A DNA stretch of 64,000 bases from Patescibacteria group bacterium (GCA_041645215.1 JBAZQK010000007.1:8976-72975), one strand, 5' to 3'; numbered from the stretch's first letter, positions 18,624 to 28,422 are shown. Numbers and translations: made by a program. Notes: generated from the sequence alone by a model not told the origin.

Positions 18624-20432
18624 ATGCGCCAAAGAGAGGCTAGACATTACCCCCCTGGGTTTACCCTGATTGAAACCTTGGTTGGGATAGCGTTATTCGC
18701 CATAATTGGCAGTGGTATTTTTGGTATTTTTACTAACCTGTCCCGTCTTAATAAAGTCGGCCAAATAAAAGCGGCCCAGGCCGCGGTGGGTAAAGAGTAT
18801 TTAGAAATCGCGCGCAACCTTAGTTATGGCGACATTGGCGTTAGTGGTGGAATTCCCAGCGGCATCTTGCCTTCACAGCAAACCGTAACGCGGGGCGTAA
18901 ACCAATTTAACCTGCGCTACACTATTCGTAACATTGATGACCCGTTTGACGGCACGATTGGCGGCTCGCCCAACGACACCTCGCCCGCTGATTATAAGCA
19001 AGTCGCGGTGGAGGTAACGTGCGTTAATTGCGGCGCCATTACCCCGCCCGCGGCGAAATTTTCCACCTATATGGCGCCCAAAAATCTGGAATCAAACACT
19101 AACAATGGCGCCCTACTTATCCAAGTTCTAAATGCCAATGGCCAACCAGTCGCCGGCGCCAACGTTCATATTGCCAACAGTCAAACTATACCTCCGGTTA
19201 ATTTGGACGACACCACTAATAATAACGGTATTTTAATTATAGTTGACGCCCCGCCCGGCAACGAATCTTATCATTTGGTCGCCAGCAAAGCCGGTTATTC
19301 CACTGACCAAACTTATTCGCCGACTGATCCGGTAGTTATAAATCCGGTCAAACTTGACGCCACGGTAATCGCCCAGCAAGTCACGCCGCTAAGCTTGGTG
19401 ATTGACAAACTAAGTAACTTAAATGTGGCCAGTATCAACAGTTCCTGCGCCGCTGTGGCAAACGTTAATTTTAATTTGGCCGGCAGTAAATTAATCGGAA
19501 CTAATCCTGATGTTTATAAATATCGGCAAGACCTGTCAACCGGCGCCACTGGTATAAAAAATTTAACCGCGATTGAGTGGGACAGTTACAATCTTACTCT
19601 TAATGATTCAACTTACGAAAGTACCGGTTTTATTCCGCTGCCGCCGATTAATTTAGCGCCTGATTCCACCCAAGACGTTAAAATCGTGGTTCGTGCCGCC
19701 ACGCCGCACAGCCTGCTGGTAATTGTCAAAGATGGCAGCACCCAACTGCCCTTGTCCGGCGCCGCGGTCCGTTTAACCAAGTCGGGTTATGACCAAACCC
19801 TGCTCACCAACCGCGGCTACTTGCGCCAAAGCAGTTGGAAAAAAGGCCCGGGCCAGGCAAACTTTACTGACCCTCAAATGTACTGGAGCGACGACGGCAA
19901 TGTGGAGGTAAGCAATCAAAATTACGGTATTATTCTAAAAAAAGTCGGCAGTAATTACGTTAGCAGTGGTTTGTTAATATCATCAACTTTTGACACCGTT
20001 AGCGCCACAAATTTTTCCACTATTGCCTGGCAACCCGGCGACCAACCTGGCGGTGTCGGCGCCGATCCTGTCAAATTCCAAATTGCGACCAATAACGATA
20101 ATGTCACTTGGAATTTTATCGGCCCGGACGGCACTGGCAACACCTACTACACCACGCCCGGAGAAACTATCAACAACCTTCATAACAATCAGCGCTACCT
20201 GCGCTATAAAATCATGTTAGCCACCGCCGATACCAGCAAAACTCCCAATGTGGCTGATATCGCCGTTACTTACATCGCAACTTGCACCCCGCCGGGCCAA
20301 ACTTTTTTTACCAGTCTATCAAGCGCTGATTATACTTTAGAGGTATCGCTGACCGGCTATCAAACATCAACCACCACGGTTGATATGACGCCAAACTGGA
20401 GTCAGACCATTGTTAATTTAATGCCATTATGA
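18624..20432 (+). CDS. large minor pilin with N-methylation site and beta-sandwich (carboxypeptidase regulatory-like) domains
   Basis: G^FTLIE prepilin motif; AAGGAG SD before ATG 18624. The longer track start lies inside the MITE. Confidence 0.88.
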   Translation: MRQREARHYPPGFTLIETLVGIALFAIIGSGIFGIFTNLSRLNKVGQIKAAQAAVGKEYLEIARNLSYGDIGVSGGIPSGILPSQQTVTRGVNQFNLRYTIRNIDDPFDGTIGGSPNDTSPADYKQVAVEVTCVNCGAITPPAAKFSTYMAPKNLESNTNNGALLIQVLNANGQPVAGANVHIANSQTIPPVNLDDTTNNNGILIIVDAPPGNESYHLVASKAGYSTDQTYSPTDPVVINPVKLDATVIAQQVTPLSLVIDKLSNLNVASINSSCAAVANVNFNLAGSKLIGTNPDVYKYRQDLSTGATGIKNLTAIEWDSYNLTLNDSTYESTGFIPLPPINLAPDSTQDVKIVVRAATPHSLLVIVKDGSTQLPLSGAAVRLTKSGYDQTLLTNRGYLRQSSWKKGPGQANFTDPQMYWSDDGNVEVSNQNYGIILKKVGSNYVSSGLLISSTFDTVSATNFSTIAWQPGDQPGGVGADPVKFQIATNNDNVTWNFIGPDGTGNTYYTTPGETINNLHNNQRYLRYKIMLATADTSKTPNVADIAVTYIATCTPPGQTFFTSLSSADYTLEVSLTGYQTSTTTVDMTPNWSQTIVNLMPL

Positions 20433-20589
20433 AACTCGGGAGCTGTAGTCCCACCATTGGCGGGGCGGGATATTATGGCGAAGTCCTTTTTGTACATCGG
20501 GACGAAAAAGGATAAAATCCGCCGTCGTCCAGATGTACAAAAGGGAGGGTATTGACAGCGGAGCCGGAGCTAAGCGGGACCCCAGAAGA
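20429..20589 (-). mobile_element. IS200/IS605-type miniature element overlapping the pilin stop codon
   Basis: Minus strand TTAT|...TCAT. Removal restores CCA TTA TAA aact ATG. GTCCCGATGTACAAAAAGGAC motif is shared with the 15.3 kb copy. Confidence 0.65.
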
Positions 20590-20597
20590 ATAAAACT

Positions 20598-21212
20598 ATG
20601 AAACATTTAAATTCAAACTATCGCGGTGGATTTACCATGATGGAAATAGCGGTGGTGACCGGTATATCGGCTTTGTTGCTCCTTGGTGTAGGCACCATAA
20701 TGACAGCCACCCTGCGAACATATCGCACTCTTAATAACGCCATCAACAGTAATGACCAAGCGACCCGAACTTTAACCGGTTTGGTGAATGAATTGCGCAC
20801 CGCCAGTGTATCAGCCAATGGCTCATATCCGATTGATACCGCCGCGGCCAATACTGTAATTTTTTACGCTGACACCGACGGCGACGCGACGATTGAACGG
20901 GTACGCTATTTTATGAGCGGCACCACGCTCAGCCGAGGTATTATTAAACCGACCGCCAATCCGGTGTCTTACCCCATTGGCAACGAAGTCATAACACCGG
21001 TTGTCCAGAATATAACCAACGGCAGTTCCATTTTTTCCTACTACGATTCCAACTACAACGGCGTTTCCGCCCCGCTGTCGTTTCCGGTTAATCTGGCGAC
21101 GGTCCGGCTGGTAAAAATAAATTTAACTATTGACAGCAACCCGACTGAGTCGCCCAATGTTTTTTATTTATCAGCCCAAGCCGCTTTGCGCAACCTTAAA
21201 GATAATCTATGA
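20598..21212 (+). CDS. minor pilin (PilW/GspJ-like)
   Basis: G^FTMME prepilin motif plus hydrophobic helix. Confidence 0.85.
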   Translation: MKHLNSNYRGGFTMMEIAVVTGISALLLLGVGTIMTATLRTYRTLNNAINSNDQATRTLTGLVNELRTASVSANGSYPIDTAAANTVIFYADTDGDATIERVRYFMSGTTLSRGIIKPTANPVSYPIGNEVITPVVQNITNGSSIFSYYDSNYNGVSAPLSFPVNLATVRLVKINLTIDSNPTESPNVFYLSAQAALRNLKDNL

Positions 21213-22651
21213 AAACGCCTTTAAAACCAAAAAACCGGCCGGCGGGAAACATAGTATTATTCGCCTTAGTCTTTGGCGCTATCGGCTTAGTTATGCTGGG
21301 TGGATTGGTAACTTGGGGAACCGGTGTCATAAAAGTTAACTATGCCCGTTCCAACGGTGAAACAGCTTTTCAAATTGCCGAAGCCGGAGTTAATTACTAT
21401 CGCTGGCATCTGGCTCATGCCGCCACTGATTATCAGGACGGCACCGGGCAGAGTGGCCCCTACTTGCATGAGTATCGCGATAAAGACAACAATTTAATTG
21501 GTTACTACAGTCTGGCTATCACGCCGCCGCCAGCGGGCTCAACCAAGGTTATTATCGTAGCAACCGGCTATACTGCCGCTAACCCCAATCAAAAGCGTAA
21601 AATTAAAGCTCAATTCGCTATTCCCAGCTTAGCCAAATACGCGGTGGTGGCCGACGCGGCGATGCGTTTTGGCGCTGGTACTAATATTTACGGCACTGTC
21701 CACAGTAACAATGGTATCCGTTTTGACGGCGTCGCTTATAATATCGTTACCAGCGCCAAAACCAGTTATTACGACCCCGACCACAGCGGCGGCCAAGAAT
21801 TCGGCGTTCACACCCACGCGACGCCAATTGATCCATTGCCGCCGGCCGCCGTACCAAGCCGACCGGATATTTTTAAAGCTGGCCGTCAATTTCCCTTGCC
21901 GGCGGTTGATTTTGCCGGCATTAGCCTTAACCTGTCTGATATTAAATCACAGGCCCAGGCCAACGGAGTATACTACGCCTCCTCCGGCACCCAAGGTTAT
22001 CACCTGGTCTTAAAATCAAATGATACTTTTGACATTTATAAAGTCATAAGTTTGATTAGTCCGCCGTCGGGCTGTTCAGCTTCGTGGCAGGCGCAATGGG
22101 GTACTTGGAGCATTGGCACCTCTCCTTCCGCCCAAAGTTTTTTGGGTAATTTTGCCAATCCGGCCAATGGTTTAATTTTTATTGAAGATAACTTATGGAT
22201 TGACGGCCAAATTGGCGCCGCCCGTTTAACTATTGTCTCCGCCCGTTTTCCTGACAATCCCAATACCAATACCAGTATAACGATTAATAAAAATTTACTT
22301 TATTCAGCCTATGATGGTTCCAGCACCCTGGGCTTAATCGCCCAAAACAATATTAACGTCGGCTTATATAGTGACAACATTCTCCAAATTGATGCCGCGA
22401 TGATAGCGCAGAACGGTCGGGTCGGCCGATTTTATTATAACTCTTACTGCGGCAGTAATTACGTGCGCTCCACCATAACCATAAACGGCATGATTGCCAC
22501 GCGGTATCGCTACGGCTTTGCCTATACCGATAACACCGGTTACACCAATCGTAATATAAACTACGATGCTAATCTGCTTTATAACCCGCCTCCCAGTTTT
22601 CCTTTAGCCTCCAGTCAATACAGCCTAATCAGTTGGCAAGAGATCAAATGA
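21209..22651 (+). CDS. PilX/GspK-like minor pilin
   Basis: G^NIVLFALV without Glu5; AFQIAEAG PilX N-terminal motif; beta-rich C-terminus. Confidence 0.82.
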   Translation: MKTPLKPKNRPAGNIVLFALVFGAIGLVMLGGLVTWGTGVIKVNYARSNGETAFQIAEAGVNYYRWHLAHAATDYQDGTGQSGPYLHEYRDKDNNLIGYYSLAITPPPAGSTKVIIVATGYTAANPNQKRKIKAQFAIPSLAKYAVVADAAMRFGAGTNIYGTVHSNNGIRFDGVAYNIVTSAKTSYYDPDHSGGQEFGVHTHATPIDPLPPAAVPSRPDIFKAGRQFPLPAVDFAGISLNLSDIKSQAQANGVYYASSGTQGYHLVLKSNDTFDIYKVISLISPPSGCSASWQAQWGTWSIGTSPSAQSFLGNFANPANGLIFIEDNLWIDGQIGAARLTIVSARFPDNPNTNTSITINKNLLYSAYDGSSTLGLIAQNNINVGLYSDNILQIDAAMIAQNGRVGRFYYNSYCGSNYVRSTITINGMIATRYRYGFAYTDNTGYTNRNINYDANLLYNPPPSFPLASSQYSLISWQEIK

Positions 22652-23080
22652 AAATCCTAAAACTTAAATCCTAAAAATAATGCAAAATGTAAAAATCTCC
22701 GCCCAAGGCGGATCTGCCTCCCTCGGCCCGCCATTCGGCGGAGCCTCGCCTGCGGCGGGGCGTGCGGGTACGAAAAATGTAAAATGACAAATTAAAATTC
22801 AAAAATTAATAGATTTTCCTATTTTTACATTTTAACTTTATGATTTTGATTTTTAATATTTACATTTTTAATTTTTTTACGATTTGAGTATTATTTACCT
22901 ACACGCCGTTCTCCTTACCATATCACTATAACACTGGATTACTTTATCATTAGCTTATTGTTGAGCCTTGTTTATTTGTTTAAGTGTTAAAGTGTTCCAG
23001 TGTTCTCGTGTTTCAATGTGATAGTGCTCCAATGAGGCGAGCGGCGGGCCTGCCCCGCTTAGCTTAAGCAGGCCAGGGAA
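22652..23080. repeat. degenerate 7-mer A-tract inverted repeat, GTGTTNNN 8-mer run and REP-like palindromes
   Basis: AAAATGT/AAAATTC-type units mirrored by ATTTTTA/CATTTTT units; TCCGCCCAAGGCGGA palindrome; half copy of the CCTGCCCGCC element near 23031-23050. Confidence 0.6.
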
Positions 23081-23151
23081 ATGACACTAAAGGCGTGAGT
23101 CTGACAACTATAATTTAGTCAACAATCGGTCTTTTGTGATATAATTAAAAT

Positions 23152-24210
23152 ATGCTTTTTCAACCCCGCACCGATCATATTGGTTTGGACATCAGTGACC
23201 ATTCTTTAAAGGCCGTTCAATTTATTAAAACCCTAAACGGCCGGCTTAAACTGGTTGGGTTAAGCGCGCAGTATCTTGCCGATGGCATAATTAAAGACGG
23301 CACAATCAAAAACACCGTTGCTTTCACCAAAGCGGTCAGTCAATTACTGCTTAAACCGACTTGGGGTAAATTTACCACCAATTTAATCGTCGCCTCACTG
23401 CCGGAAAGTCGGACTTTCATAAAAATGATTACGGTGCCCTCTTCCAATCAAGATATCGCTCAAGCGGTTAAATGGGAAGCTCAACATCATATTCCCCTGC
23501 CGTTGGAGGATACTTACTGGGATTGGCAAACCATTAAATCAACCCCCAATTTTGACAATAGCCGCCAGCCGATTTTACTGGCAGCCGCCCCCAAAGACAT
23601 CGTTGAATCATATAACCAGGCTCTTAATCAAACTCATTTAACTGCCATTGCGATGGAAATTGAAGCTCAAGCTATTGTTAGAAGCTTAATTCCCATTAAC
23701 CAAGTTAATCAGACTGAAGCCACTATGATAATAGATATTGGCGGCGACCACACCAGTCTCATAATGTTCAGTTTTGACACCATTCAATTTACCGTATCTC
23801 TGCCCATATCGGGACGCGCTATCACTCAAACAGTGGCCGACACTATAAAACTTGACGCGACCCAAGCTGAATTAGCCAAAATTAAATATGGTCTTGACCC
23901 GTCGGCACAGCACGGCGCAATTTATAAAATTCTCCAAAATATGACCAACGAACTGGTTCATCGACTTCAAGAATCACTGGTTTTTTACCAAGAACACTTT
24001 CCCAACAACCCGCCGGCGACCTCAATAATACTTTGCGGGGGCGCGGCTAATTTAAAAAAAATCGACCAATTACTGGCGGCCGAAATGAAAATTCCCGTCC
24101 GCTTAGGAAATCCGTGGTGTAATGTTTCGGCTAATGTCAACCCTCGGCCCGAGGCCGATGCCTTATCCTACACCACGGCCATTGGGTTGGCGCTGCGCGA
24201 TTTAATTTAA
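23152..24210 (+). CDS. pilM: type IV pilus assembly protein PilM
   Basis: IGLDISDHSLK, IIDIGG, ILCGGAANL and YTTAIGLALR actin-like motifs. Confidence 0.93.
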   Translation: MLFQPRTDHIGLDISDHSLKAVQFIKTLNGRLKLVGLSAQYLADGIIKDGTIKNTVAFTKAVSQLLLKPTWGKFTTNLIVASLPESRTFIKMITVPSSNQDIAQAVKWEAQHHIPLPLEDTYWDWQTIKSTPNFDNSRQPILLAAAPKDIVESYNQALNQTHLTAIAMEIEAQAIVRSLIPINQVNQTEATMIIDIGGDHTSLIMFSFDTIQFTVSLPISGRAITQTVADTIKLDATQAELAKIKYGLDPSAQHGAIYKILQNMTNELVHRLQESLVFYQEHFPNNPPATSIILCGGAANLKKIDQLLAAEMKIPVRLGNPWCNVSANVNPRPEADALSYTTAIGLALRDLI

Positions 24211-24217
24211 ATATATG

Positions 24218-24729
24218 CCCAGTAATACAACTTGGCTAGCGCTCGCCCAGTACCAGAGCAAGCACGGTACCGGGCATCACCACTGGAATGTATTGCTAAC
24301 CATCAATGAACGGCAGTATGTCAGAACTTTCATATCTAGCTTATGATTTTAGCGCTCGCCCAGCACCAGAGCCCCGAAGGAGAACAAGTTCCCTACGGGG
24401 CAGGCAAGCACGGTACTCTCGCATCGCTCCAACGGTATATTCCTCATCGGCAGCGAGCGGCCAACAATCCCAATCTTTTGACTATTCTTGGTGCCCAGGG
24501 CTCGCCCAGTACCAGAGCAAGCACGGTACCGGGCATCGCCACTGGAGTACATTGTTTACCGGCAGTGGACGGCAGTAATGTCAATACTCCCATATATAGC
24601 TCTTGGTTCTTGGGCTCGCTTCAACCACCTTTTATTATAAAATTATGTTTTGTTTAGAATTATTTAATCAATTACCTTTGTTTAACCGCGCTCGCGCTTA
24701 AGGTAGTTTAGCAAAGTTGATATACCGGG
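24218..24729 (+). mobile_element. CCCAGTA-TIR element carrying four GCTCGC-delimited segments
   Basis: Ends CCCAGTAATACAACTT / AAGTTGATATACCGGG; TATG duplicated on both sides; GCTCGC at 24241, 24354, 24500, 24614 and 24690. Confidence 0.85.
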
Positions 24730-24730
24730 T

Positions 24731-25279
24731 ATGCCCAGAATATTACTCAATCTGCTGCCAGCTGAACAAAAAAAATACATTGAAGTAATGTTCAATTACA
24801 AGTATTTGCGCATTATAACTTTTTTGATTCTAACTTTTGCGGTGATAGCGGCCGGGGTAGTGCTAAGCTCCAGGCTTTTACTGCAGGACAACTTAAACGA
24901 CCTGTTAACCAGCAGCTTGGCCATTACGCAAAAAAATACCAATCTTGACCAGCAAATAACCCAACTTAACGCGGAATTAAAAAACATCAGCACTATCCAA
25001 AATGATTTTGTAAAGTGGTCAACGGTAACGGCTAGTATCCTGGCGACTATCCCTTTGAATATTGAACTAAACTACTTCAACATTGAAAAACAAAGCGGCC
25101 GCCTTGATCTTAACGGTCGGGCCCGGGAACGGACCGACTACCTTAAATTAAGCGAAAATTTAAGCCAACTGACGTACTTGGAAAAATTAAACTCACCCTT
25201 GACCAATCTATTGTTGCGCCAGAATGTTGACTTCCAGTTAAACGGACGTATTAATCTGAACAAATTCAGTCAGCCTTAA
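24731..25279 (+). CDS. pilN: PilN-like protein
   Basis: LNLLP motif, TM helix and coiled coil; downstream of pilM. Confidence 0.85.
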   Translation: MPRILLNLLPAEQKKYIEVMFNYKYLRIITFLILTFAVIAAGVVLSSRLLLQDNLNDLLTSSLAITQKNTNLDQQITQLNAELKNISTIQNDFVKWSTVTASILATIPLNIELNYFNIEKQSGRLDLNGRARERTDYLKLSENLSQLTYLEKLNSPLTNLLLRQNVDFQLNGRINLNKFSQP

Positions 25280-25282
25280 TTT

Positions 25283-25843
25283 ATGAAACCACTCCTGCCT
25301 AATCACCGTAAAGTGATGATCGCGACGACCGCGCTAACTATCACCGCCACTCTGGGGTTATTGGCTTTTATTATTGGGCCGAGCCTGCGCGAGATACTTA
25401 ACTTAAGTGATCAAATTTATCAACAGCGCATAGATTTAGAAAAACTTTATCGCAAAGGCAAAATATTAAAGCAAACTCTGAAAGATTACCAAACTATTAA
25501 ACCAACGGTTGGCCAGTTTAACTCTATTTATGTGGAACGAGGCAATGAACTTAACTTAATCACCGCCATGGAAAAAGTGGCGTCTGACCACACAGTCGAC
25601 CAGGAAATAATCATCGGCACCCCCGACATAAAAGGAGACAAAAATAGCTTGCCGATTCAGCTGCAAGTTAACGCCCCCCTGGCAAACTTATTAAAATATT
25701 TAGGCGGCTTGGAACAAATGGATTACTACCTGAACATTCAAACCCTGCGTGTCAGCAAATATAGCGCCCGTAGCAACGCGCCCGCGCCTAAAAACATTAC
25801 GGTATCCGCTATTTTATTGGGATCAGTTTATTATCGGCCATGA
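25283..25843 (+). CDS. pilO: PilO-like protein
   Basis: N-terminal TM helix, coiled coil and LLKYLGGLEQ segment; follows pilN. Confidence 0.72.
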   Translation: MKPLLPNHRKVMIATTALTITATLGLLAFIIGPSLREILNLSDQIYQQRIDLEKLYRKGKILKQTLKDYQTIKPTVGQFNSIYVERGNELNLITAMEKVASDHTVDQEIIIGTPDIKGDKNSLPIQLQVNAPLANLLKYLGGLEQMDYYLNIQTLRVSKYSARSNAPAPKNITVSAILLGSVYYRP

Positions 25844-26208
25844 CTATAAAACTGCCGCGATTTAAACAAATCAACACCCGGCGCTGGCTACCCTGGATCC
25901 CACTGTCAACTTTTGTCGGGCTTTTGCTGTTATTAGCTTTGTTAATTTATTTTTTGTACCGAAATTTTTATCAAACAATCGCCCAAATTAAAGTCGTTTA
26001 TGTCTTACGAACCCAAATCGCCTTAACCCAAGTGAATGTTGACCTTTATCAATCAATCTCTAAATCATGGGAGAATAAGAAAAAAATTGATCCCATAATA
26101 AACCAAATTTCAACTGATCCTTTTGTCCAGTTGAGCCAACCTAAAACAGCTGGCGACGATAAAAATAACCTAACCGGCCTAGATAAGGCCAACCAAATTA
26201 TCCCGTAG
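25840..26208 (+). CDS. hypothetical single-TM pilus-associated protein (PilP position, DPF motif)
   Basis: ATGA overlap with pilO; TM helix; STDPF near the C-terminus. Confidence 0.65.
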   Translation: MTIKLPRFKQINTRRWLPWIPLSTFVGLLLLLALLIYFLYRNFYQTIAQIKVVYVLRTQIALTQVNVDLYQSISKSWENKKKIDPIINQISTDPFVQLSQPKTAGDDKNNLTGLDKANQIIP

Positions 26209-26209
26209 T

Positions 26210-26370
26210 AGGCTTACGCGCTTGCCGCTTGCAGGGCGGGCAAAGCCCGACCCTCAAGCGGCTTTGGCCAATTTCTTTGTTAAAACCTCCGCTTTTCGCT
26301 CACCGTAGTTTTACTACGGCTCGCTCAAATGCTCGGTTTTGCCTCGAACTTGGTTCAAACCCGTAAGCCT
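26210..26370. mobile_element. MITE, inverted copy of 18441-18605
   Basis: AGGCTTACG/CGTAAGCCT ends; internal sequence nearly identical to the 18.4 kb copy. Confidence 0.85.
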
Positions 26371-26378
26371 ACCATAGT

Positions 26379-26618
26379 TTAAACGGCGGTAACTTTTTTA
26401 ACCTGGGGTAATTCCAGATTTAATTTTGTTCTTAACACATAATTCAAAGTTATCGCCGACAATGCGCAATCAGTACAGTTTCCGCTTAATTTTATTGTTA
26501 CCGTCCCGGTCACTGGCTCCCAGGCGACAAATTCAATTTTGCCCCCGTGCCCGACTAAATAGGGCTGAATTTTTTTTAAACCAATTTTAAGCCGTTTGAT
26601 AGTTTCGGTTTTAGTCAT
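26379..26618 (-). CDS. NifU C-terminal domain protein
   Basis: IQPYLVGHGG and LSGNCTDC (CxxC) motifs. Confidence 0.88.
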   Translation of the reverse strand: MTKTETIKRLKIGLKKIQPYLVGHGGKIEFVAWEPVTGTVTIKLSGNCTDCALSAITLNYVLRTKLNLELPQVKKVTAV

Positions 26619-26626
26619 AGGATTAA

Positions 26627-27403
26627 TTAATTCCGGGGCGATGATACAATTATCATAACTGGTTCACCCTCCTCTACCTTCCCGCCATTCCAGTCATGAA
26701 CGGCCGACGCCATAACTGTTTCTGGATATCGATAACTTTCACCCCGTTTAGTGCCGGGATCATTGGTTATAAATTCATCACCGTCAAAACCCTTAATCAC
26801 CAACATATGATACAGCGGACCGGGCCGACGGAAGTAAGGATTGCCTAATTTACGGCCCGCGGCCGGTACCAGTACTAATTTACCCGCCGTAATTGCCTGC
26901 CGAATCGCCGTGGCGTTATAAACAGCGACTGTCGCTGTTAAATTAAAATAATCTGTCATAATCGCCGCTACTTCAGCCGCGGTGGTATCTTCGTAAAATC
27001 CGCGCTGCTGTTTTTGCCATTCCACCAGCTGTAAAATCGCCTTATCAGCCTCGGCCGCAGACAAGCGCAGATTTTTATTGCCTTTAAAATACTCCGCCGC
27101 CATAATCATAGCCGCCTCTTCACAAGCTTCCTGGTAAGGTAACCCCCAATTACCATAAGGCGCCTGCACCATAAACGGCACTGGCAAAATCTTAATAGTA
27201 TGTTCAACCGCCTTAACCAAGGGTAAGGCCTTGGCCGCCGTTGCGGGCCGGCTATTATTAACCTTCACACCGGTATCAGGTTGATTTATAGATGACCGCG
27301 CCGTCAAATTGTCGAGCGAGCTGTAATTTTGACAAGCCGCGCCAGCCAATACCACAGCCAACGCCGGCGCCAATAACCACCACGGGTTAAACTTAAAACT
27401 CAT
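26627..27403 (-). CDS. C39-like peptidase family lipoprotein
   Basis: Lipobox-like LAGAAC; VPFMVQAP, QEACEEA, YHMLVIKG and NDPG motifs. The track's N-terminal extension is MITE sequence. Confidence 0.85.
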   Translation of the reverse strand: MSFKFNPWWLLAPALAVVLAGAACQNYSSLDNLTARSSINQPDTGVKVNNSRPATAAKALPLVKAVEHTIKILPVPFMVQAPYGNWGLPYQEACEEAAMIMAAEYFKGNKNLRLSAAEADKAILQLVEWQKQQRGFYEDTTAAEVAAIMTDYFNLTATVAVYNATAIRQAITAGKLVLVPAAGRKLGNPYFRRPGPLYHMLVIKGFDGDEFITNDPGTKRGESYRYPETVMASAVHDWNGGKVEEGEPVMIIVSSPRN

Positions 27404-27462
27404 AAATACATAATAATGGCAAAACCCGCCCTTGACTAGGTTATTATTATTAATTATACTTA

Positions 27463-27637
27463 GAGATGGTTCCAAAACTCTTTCGTGGCGAAATTTCAGT
27501 TTTTCTTGCGAGACGAGGAAGGCGAGCAAAAAGAATTGAAACGTAGTAGAACTACGGTGAAATCCTTTTTGCGAAGCCTGACGAAGTCGCAGCCGAAAAG
27601 ATGAAATTACAGCAGAAATGAGTTTTGAAACCATCTC
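27463..27637. mobile_element. 175-bp MITE with GAGATGGTTYCAAAACTC TIRs
   Basis: TTA duplicated on the flanks; inverted copy at 60048-60222 differs at 3 positions. Confidence 0.9.
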
Positions 27638-27668
27638 TTAGTCTCGCTTTCATAATTCTCAATTCTTG

Positions 27669-27954
27669 CCCAGTATAACTACTTATGTTATAGTTCGCCC
27701 AGTACCAGAGTCCCGAAGGAGAACAAGTTCCCTACGGGGCAGGCAAGCACGGTACTCTCGCATCGCTCCAACGGTATATTCCTCATCGGCAGCGAGCGGC
27801 CAACAATCCCAATCTTTTGACTATTCTTGGTGCCCAGGGCTCGCTTTTAAAATAAAATTTATAAATGAGCTAAGCAACTTATTCAATCGTTATCTCTTAC
27901 TAACTACTTAATCTAAGCTCGCTAAATTTTATTTAACAAAGTTGTTATACTGGA
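27669..27954 (+). mobile_element. CCCAGTA-TIR element with two segments
   Basis: CTTG duplicated on the flanks; 27693-27844 matches 24354-24505 at 149/152 nt. Confidence 0.85.
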
Positions 27955-27976
27955 CTTGATTCATAATTATTAATTT

Positions 27977-28261
27977 ATGGCCCATACCAAAGCTGCCGGC
28001 TCTACCTCACTGGGCCGCGATTCCATAGCCAAACGTTTAGGCGTAAAACTTTTTGCCGGACAAAATGTTCGCGCCGGCATGGTAATTGTTCGCCAACGCG
28101 GCACTAAATTCTTTCCCGGCTCAGGCGTTAAAAAAGGCAGCGATGATACATTATTTGCCACTCAAGCCGGCACTCTTAAATTTTTTCGCAAGTGGCGTAA
28201 GAGCTTTAATGGCAAGCTTAAACTGGCTAAGATGGTTGCGGTTTTGCCACCAGAGGAATAG
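27977..28261 (+). CDS. rpmA: 50S ribosomal protein L27
   Basis: [19 protein letters not shown] and IVRQRGTK motifs. Confidence 0.98.
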   Translation: MAHTKAAGSTSLGRDSIAKRLGVKLFAGQNVRAGMVIVRQRGTKFFPGSGVKKGSDDTLFATQAGTLKFFRKWRKSFNGKLKLAKMVAVLPPEE

Positions 28262-28264
28262 TTT

Positions 28265-28350
28265 ATGAAGCCTCCACGGGCTTACGCCCGAGGTATCCTT
28301 CATTTTTTCGGCGAAATCCGCCGAAGTCCTCCCAAGGAGGACGAAGGCGG
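28265..28350 (-). mobile_element. IS200/IS605-type miniature element (86 bp)
   Basis: Minus strand TTAT|CCGCCTTCGTCCTCC...GCCCGTGGAGGCTTCAT; homologous to 53165-53254. Confidence 0.72.
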
Positions 28351-28359
28351 ATAAAATTC

Positions 28360-28392
28360 AAAAATCCGCTCCTATCCCAGAGCGGATTTTTT
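28360..28392. terminator. bidirectional terminator between rpmA and pyrG
   Basis: AAAAATCCGCTC-loop-GAGCGGATTTTT. Confidence 0.82.
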
Positions 28393-28422
28393 GTAATTCC
28401 GGCAGTACAAGTGGAAATAGAA

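Noticed and set aside
22880-22990. Possible small hydrophobic ORF upstream of pilM
   Set aside because: No convincing start codon or initiation signal; it is embedded in low-complexity repeats.
24306-24657. ORFs 24306-24578, 24343-24657, 24349-24552 and the matching 27666-27911
   Set aside because: They lie inside the repeat element. The shared peptide reflects the shared DNA cassette, and the starts and ends differ.
24241-24695. CRISPR array
   Set aside because: Only three degenerate repeats, about 75-nt spacers that are homologous to each other, enclosure in TIRs with a TSD, and no cas genes.
27404-27634. Long N-terminal extensions in the ORF track (also at 18555, 30114, 33954, 43541, 60060 and 63880)
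   Set aside because: They read through MITEs, attC sites or operator repeats; downstream ATGs match the family N-termini.
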